From Pseudomonadota bacterium (GTDB lineage Bacteria; Bdellovibrionota; FAC87; UBA2466), in assembly GCA_043767805.1 (NCBI GenBank), contig JAYUGC010000153.1:1-10036 (forward strand): a stretch of 10,036 nt of DNA, written 5' to 3'. The notes beneath the pieces are model-generated. The model was not told the origin of the DNA. It saw nothing but the letters and a program-made list of their open reading frames with translations, and did no database searches. The position numbers and the translations under genes are program-made. Below are positions 1 to 6,617 of this stretch, in pieces; position 1 is the stretch's first letter, and each line of letters begins with the position of its first letter.

Positions 1-3
1 TCT

Positions 4-205
4 CGTGTTCATCTTTCCACTCCGCAACAACTACAACCACAGCAACTTCAACTAAAACTGTATCCATTCGGATGGCTCTTCCGTGTGGGGAGAGGCCTAC
101 CCGGTTCTTCACCAGGGAATCGAAGACCGCCGCGAGAGTGGCGGATTACAGTTTTAGTTGAAGTTGCTGTGGTTGTAGTTGTTGCGGAGTGGAAAGATGA
201 ACACG
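4..205. repeat. Perfect 59-bp inverted repeat (arms 4-62 and 147-205) with 84-nt structured spacer
   Basis: 4-62 CGTGTTCATCTTTCCACTCCGCAACAACTACAACCACAGCAACTTCAACTAAAACTGTA is the exact reverse complement of 147-205. Pairing stops at 3/206 (T/T). The right arm contains GGAG (186-189) and ATG (197-199) of the next CDS. Confidence 0.97.
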
Positions 206-1663
206 TTGAAAACTGTCGGATTTAAGAGCGTCGTGATTGCGGTTACGGGTTTGGTGGCCATCACCAGCTTCGGCAAATCGGCTTACGACCCCTACTCAAT
301 CTCTAAGGACATTGGGAGAGCGGACAGCATCCTGAGCCCCGCTTCCAAAGCGCTTGGTACGGCCGTGAAGGGCGACTCGAAAGAGTCCGCCTCGCAAATC
401 CAGGAGACCGCCGAGAAGGCGGCTGCCGCCATCGCCACGAGCCAGAAGGTTCAGAAGTGGCGCAAGGAAAATGAAGGTTTAAACAAGACCAATGATAATC
501 TGAAGACGGCGAACTCTTTGCCGGCCATCTTGAAGCTTAATATCCAGAAGCGCCGGGAAGATGCGAACACGAATCTCAAGAATCTCTTTGGCCAGCTCAA
601 TCAGCAGCCTCAGAGCTCGCTCAACCCGAACGACTTCGACATGAGCAACTTGCACCCTCAGTGTAACGATGGTGTCGACTTCACTCAGTTCCGCTCTTTG
701 TCGGATCAGATGAACCAGGCTCCTTTCAAGTATCTGCGGGAACAGGCTCAGCTTCTCATTCAAGAGAAGGACAAGAAGCTTAAAGAAGAACGGGCGACCA
801 GTCTCGCCGCCGCCGCTAAGACTTTCGATGAAGCTGCCGACCGTGAAGACGAAGAAAAAGGCCAGAAGAGCGTCATCGACGAGAAGTTGGGCGAAGAAGC
901 TCAGCTCGCCGGCTTGAAGCAGGACAAAGGCGCCTTGCAGAAAAGCATCAAGTCTCAGAGAAAGAAGCTTGTGAAGTCCTTGTTCACGGACCTCATTCCT
1001 TCGCTCGCTCAGATTGAAGAGAACGACGGACGTCTCGCCCAGATCTCCGCGAACTTCGCGGACAGCTTGGAAGGCTTCCGTAAAGCGTCTTACGAAACGG
1101 CCATCGCCAATGCCCAGCACTTGAAGAGCAATTGCGAGCGCATCAACCAAGAAGTGGGCCGCGACGCTCCCTTCAATCCTGGTAGTTTGCTCGGGAAGGC
1201 TTACCAAAAGGTTGTTGAGTTCCACCAAGGCGACGCCAACTTCTACGCGAACACCACGTTCGCGGCGGGAGTGCGGCAGATGGTCAACAACATGAAATGC
1301 CCGAGCGCGGTCCCGCAAATCGACGCGCTCTTCGGTTCCGCTTTACAGACGCCCATCGCGGCGATGCGCACGGCGCAGGATCCTAATACGCTGGTACAGG
1401 GTGCGATGACCACCTTACAAGCGATTGCGAACGCGCAAGCGCAGGTTGGTCCCTCGGTTAAAAGGCTCGCCCGGGCTTGTGACTCCGCTGGACGCAACAA
1501 AGATAAAGTTCAGAAGTTTGTTCAGAGCACGGATCAGGCGATTCAGCAGGAGCAGCAACAGCTCGCTCAAAGCGGAAGCGGTCAGCCTGGAGTGTCTCGC
1601 TTGAAGGGTGGCCGTTCCAACGGCACCTCCGGCGCGGTCACTCACAAAACCGGCCCGCGCTAA
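197..1663 (+). CDS. Secreted/exported alpha-helical (coiled-coil-rich) hypothetical protein, 488 aa
   Basis: Long ORF with host-like C/G-ending codons. ATG 197 follows GGAG at 186-189. The N-terminus MNTLKTVGFKSVVIAVTGLVAITSFG resembles a signal peptide. The body is A/Q/K/E-rich and helical with 4 Cys and a Q/G/S-rich tail. No family recognised. Confidence 0.85.
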   Translation: MNTLKTVGFKSVVIAVTGLVAITSFGKSAYDPYSISKDIGRADSILSPASKALGTAVKGDSKESASQIQETAEKAAAAIATSQKVQKWRKENEGLNKTNDNLKTANSLPAILKLNIQKRREDANTNLKNLFGQLNQQPQSSLNPNDFDMSNLHPQCNDGVDFTQFRSLSDQMNQAPFKYLREQAQLLIQEKDKKLKEERATSLAAAAKTFDEAADREDEEKGQKSVIDEKLGEEAQLAGLKQDKGALQKSIKSQRKKLVKSLFTDLIPSLAQIEENDGRLAQISANFADSLEGFRKASYETAIANAQHLKSNCERINQEVGRDAPFNPGSLLGKAYQKVVEFHQGDANFYANTTFAAGVRQMVNNMKCPSAVPQIDALFGSALQTPIAAMRTAQDPNTLVQGAMTTLQAIANAQAQVGPSVKRLARACDSAGRNKDKVQKFVQSTDQAIQQEQQQLAQSGSGQPGVSRLKGGRSNGTSGAVTHKTGPR

Positions 1664-1714
1664 GACTCGATTCGTAGAAGGCCAGACAAAGCACTCAACT
1701 TGGACTGGTGGCTT

Positions 1715-1753
1715 GAATCCCCAGCGTCTTCGGACGCTGGGGATTCTGATTTT
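1715..1753 (+). terminator. Intrinsic terminator-like hairpin
   Basis: Perfect 14-bp stem GAATCCCCAGCGTC / GACGCTGGGGATTC with a C(UUCG)G tetraloop, followed by TGATTTT, about 50 nt after the stop at 1663. TGGCTT (1709-1714) / AAGCCA (1755-1760) can extend it. Confidence 0.8.
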
Positions 1754-1940
1754 AAAGCCATCGGGCAAATCATTCGCTTTCTCTCGGCATTATCAGGGCT
1801 GAACTACTCTCCCCAGTGAAATGCGGCGAATACCACCGCCACCGATTCTCCGGGGGCCGATGACCGGTAGGCGAGCAATCCGTCTCTACCAACCGCAAAA
1901 CCGGGCTGGCCGGGCCGGGAACGGCCGCGGACTTCTCATT

Positions 1941-2021
1941 ACGGTCTAAACCGGGACGTCGGATCGTTCCGGGGACGGCAAAGCCAACGGACAAGGTGCC
2001 TCCGTCGCCGGTCCGCGAAAA
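1941..2021 (+). ncRNA. Candidate divergent c-di-GMP-I (GEMM-I)-like riboswitch aptamer
   Basis: Motifs occur in GEMM-I order: CTAAACC, hairpin CCGGGACG/CGTTCCGG (1951-1972), GGACGGCAAAGCC, hairpin ACGGA/TCCGT, GCCGG...GCGAAA. It lacks the canonical GNRA loop in P2 and has an extra C before AAAGCC. Matched by eye only. Confidence 0.3.
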
Positions 2022-2074
2022 GCCCAAGGGCAAACCCGGCTCCGAAGCCAATCCGCACTAAATTCTTTTGAAGC

Positions 2075-2173
2075 GTACCCACTTACTTTTGGCCAAGAAT
2101 AGCCAGAGGTAAGGGGGTACCGGGCACTCCGAAGTGGTTCCCTGAGCCCGAAAGTGATAGGGCATTTAGGGAA
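2075..2173 (+). promoter_or_regulatory. Structured leader immediately upstream of the metalloprotease RBS
   Basis: 19-bp hairpin 2075-2120 (GTACCCACTTACTTTTGGC / GCCAGAGGTAAGGGGGTAC; 1 mismatch, 2 G-U). Hairpin 2138-2173 (TTCCCTGA-GCCC / GGGC-AT-TTAGGGAA) ends just before the GAGG RBS at 2175-2178. Confidence 0.45.
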
Positions 2174-2183
2174 AGAGGATTTC

Positions 2184-3647
2184 ATGCGCATTTTGCATTG
2201 GAGCTTTTTGAGCTTCATTTGTCTTACCGGCCTCGCTCAGAGAGCACCGGTAAGCGTCGTCGACATCTTTGGCCGAATCGTCGACGGCCATGGGATCACG
2301 TTGGTGGACTGGGATGGCTACATCGCCAATCCGGCGTTAAAACTATCCCTGGTTCCCAACCCGCAGATCGCCTTACCAGCGACAGTGGTTCTTTCCACCG
2401 TTGAACCAAGGCTACATTTTAATGCGCCTAGCCAAGTGGGAACCTCAGGATCCGAAATCACTCTCAATTTCCAAAAACCCTCGGAGCGTCCCTCTTTTTA
2501 TCTGTCCATTTGGCCGGATCGGGATGGGCTGAGCGAAAAGCATAAGCTGAAACTTCTTTTGACGGACGCCACCGGAGCAAAAACCGAGTGGACTATAGAT
2601 GTTACGGTCGTGGATGAAGATGATACGGGACCACCCCGCTTCCCCGTTCATCTCGACTACACTCTCGACCGGAGCGGTTTCTTTCGGGACCCAGGAGCCA
2701 GGGCAGCGGTCGATCTTGCCGCACGGGACTGGGTCCATTTTTTCGACGATATGGGGCTCGACCCGGTTAGCCCGAACTCAGAGGCCACACCCATTTGGGA
2801 CCCGGACCAGCTGGCCTCCTCCGCCGGCTGGTACCGTCAAACAAACGATCACGGCTACCAAGGATTCCTGCTCTATGTTACGGGCAATACGCTCACACGA
2901 TCGGGCGGTGGGGTGGCGAATGAGAATTTTCAAACCTTTCAGAGCAAGCCTACCGAACTGAGACGGTCAGGTAACGTCGCGCTTGGACCCGTGGCCCAAG
3001 GACCTGGATACCTATTCACCCTATTGGATCAGGAGTGGTGGAAATTCATTTACCAAGCCCAAATGCCGGTCGAGCTTTTATCTCTGGCCCAGCACGAAAT
3101 TGGTCATTCTCTCATTTTCAATGCTCCCTACCCTCAGATGAAAAAATGGCTCGATAAAGGCTGCATCGACGTGGCTAAAGTCATAGCCTATCAAGGGGAG
3201 TGCATCCCCGTGGACAGCAGCGCACATTTTCGAGGCGTAATCGATCGTCTCAGCCGCAAAGGGGTGTATGGTTCCGGGACGGGTGAAATGCCTCAGCATC
3301 GGTGGATTGCCACAAAGGCGGAATTGCTGGTTGCCGAGGCCATTGGCTACCGACTGAGAAAGACCTCGGCCTTCATTCCCGCTGTTCTACTTACCCGGCG
3401 CCTTCAAAGGGGTACCCGAGGGCTCCCCTACTTCGCTAAATTTCGGGCAAAAGGTGGCGTACCTTTTTACGATTGGAGAGTGAGCGGGGGCGGGCTTCCT
3501 CCCGGCCTCAAACTGGACCCATTCTCGGGCGAATTGTCGGGGGCTCCCACCCTCCCAGGGGTTTTCACCTTCACCGTAAAGGTCCAAGACTATGACTTAG
3601 AGAACCGAATAGGAGACTCCCGCAGTTATCGGCTTCGAATTCGCTGA
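2184..3647 (+). CDS. Secreted zincin-like metallopeptidase with C-terminal putative Ig (He_PIG-like) domain, 487 aa
   Basis: GAGG RBS before ATG 2184; signal-like MRILHWSFLSFICLTGLA; HEIGH zinc motif at 3093-3107; C-terminal GGVPFYDWRVSGGGLPPGLKLDPFSGELSGAPTLPGVFTFTVKVQD is typical of putative Ig domains. Confidence 0.85.
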   Translation: MRILHWSFLSFICLTGLAQRAPVSVVDIFGRIVDGHGITLVDWDGYIANPALKLSLVPNPQIALPATVVLSTVEPRLHFNAPSQVGTSGSEITLNFQKPSERPSFYLSIWPDRDGLSEKHKLKLLLTDATGAKTEWTIDVTVVDEDDTGPPRFPVHLDYTLDRSGFFRDPGARAAVDLAARDWVHFFDDMGLDPVSPNSEATPIWDPDQLASSAGWYRQTNDHGYQGFLLYVTGNTLTRSGGGVANENFQTFQSKPTELRRSGNVALGPVAQGPGYLFTLLDQEWWKFIYQAQMPVELLSLAQHEIGHSLIFNAPYPQMKKWLDKGCIDVAKVIAYQGECIPVDSSAHFRGVIDRLSRKGVYGSGTGEMPQHRWIATKAELLVAEAIGYRLRKTSAFIPAVLLTRRLQRGTRGLPYFAKFRAKGGVPFYDWRVSGGGLPPGLKLDPFSGELSGAPTLPGVFTFTVKVQDYDLENRIGDSRSYRLRIR

Positions 3648-3757
3648 CAATAGAGTCTTATGTCCTGGAGCGCGGTTGGGGAAGGGCGGTGCTTCCTCGT
3701 CATTTTATTGAGGGCAACAGGCGACTCATAATCCTGCGAGCCAACAAGGAGTTTCGG

Positions 3758-3859
3758 ATGCCGGTCTACCTGAGTTATTACACGCAGCCCTATTACACGA
3801 AGCTTCATGAGAAGGTCGTGGATTGCCTCGTTTCTGGGTGCCGGGGCCTTTTAGGATAA
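3758..3859 (+). CDS. Small Tyr-rich ORF, 33 aa (MPVYLSYYTQPYYTKLHEKVVDCLVSGCRGLLG)
   Basis: AAGGAG at 3746-3751, 6 nt before ATG 3758; TAA 3857-3859; possible promoter TTTATT (3704-3709)-17 nt-CATAAT (3727-3732). Shorter than any ORF in the supplied track. Confidence 0.45.
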   Translation: MPVYLSYYTQPYYTKLHEKVVDCLVSGCRGLLG

Positions 3860-3996
3860 GGGGCTCGGGCAGGTTGTTGGCCTCCGGCGCTACCTGTCCC
3901 CCGGTCGAGCCAGAAAGTGCGCGCTTTTTCCTCCGTTGTTGCGGCCCAACTACACGTTTGCTACGGTTACCTCCACTACAGCAGGTGAGGGCTTTC

Positions 3997-4842
3997 ATGG
4001 CGAAAATCTCGAAAATCGGCGTCATTGGTTCCGGCAGCATGGGTAACGGCATCGCTCAGGTAGCGGCCCAAGCGGGTTATGACACGGTGGTTTACGACGT
4101 GGCCGACAAGGCTTTGGAAAAAGCCCGGGCCACCATCCAGGCGAGCCTCGCGAAGCTCGAGGAAAAAGGGAAGCTTTCGGGCTCCGCCGCCGACATCTCG
4201 AAGCGCCTCAAGATGACCACCCAGCTAAACGACTTGCGGGACTGCGACTTCGTGGTGGAAGCCGCCACCGAGAACCGCGAGATCAAGTTCAAAATCTTCC
4301 GCGACCTGGACGCCTTGCTTCCGACGCACGCCATTCTCGCGACCAACACCTCTTCGATTCCCATCACGGAAATCGCGGCGAAGACCCAGCGGCCCGACAA
4401 GGTCGCGGGCATGCATTTCATGAATCCCGTCCCTCTCATGAAGCTCGTCGAAGGCATCCGCGCCTTGCAGACCAGCGACGAGACGTTCCGCCTGGTGCGC
4501 GAAGTCGCCGAGAAGATGGGAAAGACCTTCATCGAAGCGCAGGACGCTCCCGGTTTCGCCGTCAATCGTATCTTGATGCCCATGATCAACGAAGCCTTCT
4601 TCGCCCTTCAGGAGTCCCTCGCGTCGCCGATGGATATCGATGAGGCCATGAAGCTCGGTTGCAACTTCCCCATGGGACCGTTGCAGCTCGCCGACTACGT
4701 CGGTCTCGATATTTGCCTCGCGGTCTGTGAAGTCCTGCACCGCGACCTAGGGGACAAGTACAAGCCCGCGCCGCTGCTTCGTAAGTATGTCGCCGCCGGC
4801 TGGACCGGCAAGAAATCGGGACGGGGAGTCTATGAATATTGA
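3997..4842 (+). CDS. hbd: 3-hydroxybutyryl-CoA (3-hydroxyacyl-CoA) dehydrogenase, 281 aa
   Basis: Rossmann motif VIGSGSMGNGIAQ; VVEAATEN; LATNTSSIPIT; catalytic [49 protein letters not shown] end. Start at ATG 3997 after GGTGAGG. Confidence 0.95.
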   Translation: MAKISKIGVIGSGSMGNGIAQVAAQAGYDTVVYDVADKALEKARATIQASLAKLEEKGKLSGSAADISKRLKMTTQLNDLRDCDFVVEAATENREIKFKIFRDLDALLPTHAILATNTSSIPITEIAAKTQRPDKVAGMHFMNPVPLMKLVEGIRALQTSDETFRLVREVAEKMGKTFIEAQDAPGFAVNRILMPMINEAFFALQESLASPMDIDEAMKLGCNFPMGPLQLADYVGLDICLAVCEVLHRDLGDKYKPAPLLRKYVAAGWTGKKSGRGVYEY

Positions 4843-5437
4843 GCCCGCGCCTCGGCTCGAGCTCGATAACTTCGTGGGAGAGGATGTGCTTCTCTCCCAG
4901 GTGAGAAGCTATGAGGGGAAGCCCATTCCTCTCGTGACTCTGGTGGCCTCCGTCGAAAGCCTTTCGCGCGTCCGTACGACTTTGCTGGAGCTGAGATCGC
5001 TCAATATCTCCGCGCTGCTTCTGCTTACGCCCGCGTCCGTGCCTTTTACCGACGACGAGCTGGAAGTGGTTTTTACTTTCCTCAGAGATTGGGACCAGCT
5101 CATTCTCAATAATTTCCTGGAGCTTTGCCGGGATCGCATTCCGGCGGCTTACCTTTCGCTTTTGCAGACGGAAGCGAAAATCGAGCTCAAATGGTTTCAG
5201 GAGTGGCAGATTGCCACTTCCGACACGCGCATTCATAAGTACCCGACGCTTCCGTGGCGCAGTTACATCCGTAAAATCGTGCGCGAGAACTACAAGTTCG
5301 CCACTACCTTCTTGCCGCTGGTTGAGCCGGAAGTACTGCAAGCGAATGCCGCCGAAACCCAAAGCGTGATTCAGGCTTTTCTGGAGGCTAAGAAAAAAGT
5401 GGTTTGTATCTTTCCGAAACGATGGGGCAAGCAATGA
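4832..5437 (+). CDS. Hypothetical protein, 201 aa (possibly degenerate alpha/beta-hydrolase-like)
   Basis: GGGGAG RBS then ATG 4832, overlapping hbd by 11 nt; stop overlaps the next start (ATGA 5434-5437). The fold suggestion is inference only. Confidence 0.75.
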   Translation: MNIEPAPRLELDNFVGEDVLLSQVRSYEGKPIPLVTLVASVESLSRVRTTLLELRSLNISALLLLTPASVPFTDDELEVVFTFLRDWDQLILNNFLELCRDRIPAAYLSLLQTEAKIELKWFQEWQIATSDTRIHKYPTLPWRSYIRKIVRENYKFATTFLPLVEPEVLQANAAETQSVIQAFLEAKKKVVCIFPKRWGKQ

Positions 5438-5832
5438 GCGACCGTCCCATTCGCGTTCTCGTCGCCAAGCCCGGTCTCGACGGCCACGATCGCGGTGCCA
5501 AAGTGCTCGCGCATTCGCTGCGGGACGCCGGCATGGAAGTGATCTACACCGGCCTCCATCAGACGCCCGAGATGATCGTGAACTCGGCCATTCAGGAAGA
5601 CGTCGACGTCGTGTGCATCAGCATTCTTTCGGGCGCCCATCAGCGCGTTTTCCCGGAAGTGATGCGCCTCTTGAAAGAGAAGGACGCGCTCGACATCCCA
5701 GTCGTCGGCGGAGGCATCATTCCCGATAGAGACATCCCGGCTTTGAAGGCGGCTGGCGTAAAAGAGATTTTCACGCCCGGCTCCGCTCTTAGCGCTATCG
5801 TCGATTTCATCAACCAACTCGTCCGCACTTGA
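5434..5832 (+). CDS. Stand-alone cobalamin-binding subunit of an acyl-CoA mutase (methylmalonyl-/isobutyryl-CoA mutase small subunit), 132 aa
   Basis: [18 protein letters not shown] with DxHxxG B12 motif; [31 protein letters not shown]. Confidence 0.95.
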   Translation: MSDRPIRVLVAKPGLDGHDRGAKVLAHSLRDAGMEVIYTGLHQTPEMIVNSAIQEDVDVVCISILSGAHQRVFPEVMRLLKEKDALDIPVVGGGIIPDRDIPALKAAGVKEIFTPGSALSAIVDFINQLVRT

Positions 5833-6605
5833 TGCTTCTCGCGCGCGCCCTGTTGCTCTTTTCCATTTTTGCCGTGCCGCTTTTTGCTCCGACCGGCGTG
5901 ACCGGGTCGGTCGGTGCGATGCGCTGGTTTGGTACGAAAAACGTCACCATCGATAAGACCATCGGGAGGGGCACCACAGCGGATGTCGTGCCCATTCAGG
6001 GGGAAGGCATTTCGGATAACCGCGTCGTCAAGCTCTACCGCTGGGACTTGACCGAGCTCGGCCCCCGGCCCGAGGGCGCCAATATTTCCGATCCGGTACT
6101 TTTGAATCTTTTGAACGGATACGAGCACGTGCGGGCGGTGCTTGGCGATGAGGCAATAGCGGTGGATGGGGTCATCAACTGGAATAACGGCAATAAGGGC
6201 GTCATCCTGGAGCGCCTGCCTTTGGATGCGGAATTCTTCGACGTGAAAGAAGGGTTATCGCGCTCCGAGAACGCCACCTCCGCGACGGTCAAGCACTTTA
6301 AGAAGGCCATGGAAAAACTCCGGCTCGCCCGAATCTTTCACAACGATATCCACGTCGCGATTCTCAAGGACGGCTCACTCAAATTTTATGATAGCGATCT
6401 CGCGCAGCCCATGGGTAGCCAGGGCGTGCGCTATTGGACGAATGGGCGAGATCCCGATCTCGTCATGAAGGAAGTGACCGAGTCAGGCGTTAGAATCTTA
6501 GAGGAAGTGGTCGCCAAAAAGCCCGCCTGTTCGCACTTCGGCGCCATCGCCCCGCCTCACTTCCTAAGGACAAAGCAAGGCTCTCGCGCTCGAATCTCTC
6601 AATAA
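5832..6605 (+). CDS. Secreted protein-kinase-like fold protein, 257 aa
   Basis: TGATG coupling to the upstream gene; signal peptide [19 protein letters not shown]; Gly-loop IGRGTTADV; VVKLY lysine; hinge VILERL; catalytic-loop-like FHNDIH; DFG-equivalent FYDSDLA. Confidence 0.75.
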   Translation: MLLARALLLFSIFAVPLFAPTGVTGSVGAMRWFGTKNVTIDKTIGRGTTADVVPIQGEGISDNRVVKLYRWDLTELGPRPEGANISDPVLLNLLNGYEHVRAVLGDEAIAVDGVINWNNGNKGVILERLPLDAEFFDVKEGLSRSENATSATVKHFKKAMEKLRLARIFHNDIHVAILKDGSLKFYDSDLAQPMGSQGVRYWTNGRDPDLVMKEVTESGVRILEEVVAKKPACSHFGAIAPPHFLRTKQGSRARISQ

Positions 6606-6617
6606 GGAAGCCGGAGC

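Noticed and set aside
4..205. Retron msr-msd with a1/a2 arms, or a DGR template
   Set aside because: The adjacent protein has no reverse-transcriptase motifs and no variable repeat is seen. Not supportable from this window.
151..213. GTTTTAG / GTTGTAG / GTTGAAAAC resemble CRISPR repeat ends or a repeat:anti-repeat duplex
   Set aside because: No direct repeats with spacers and no cas genes; the similarity is limited to a few bases.
1..225. Frame +1 open across both repeat arms (Gln-rich then Val-rich peptide)
   Set aside because: The composition is explained by the CAA/GTT low-complexity arms; no convincing start with RBS is visible and it overlaps the real start at 197.
479..1318. 279-aa minus-strand ORF (likewise 4586-5434, 4225-4740, 7139-7909 and other antisense ORFs)
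   Set aside because: Antisense shadows of well-supported genes, expected from codon bias, with no independent motifs.
1770..2051. Minus-strand 93-aa ORF, or RNase P RNA (GAGAAGTCC on the minus strand)
   Set aside because: The Pro/Gly/Arg-rich translation has no recognisable motif, and the other RNase P conserved regions are missing.
2112..2175. TPP riboswitch-like fragments (AGGGGG..CTGAG..TAGGGAA)
   Set aside because: The core ACCC..GAACCTGAT segment is absent, and the downstream gene is unrelated to thiamine.
3823..3996. 58-aa N-terminal extension of hbd in the ORF track
   Set aside because: Family similarity begins at MAKISKIGVIG (3997), which has its own RBS.
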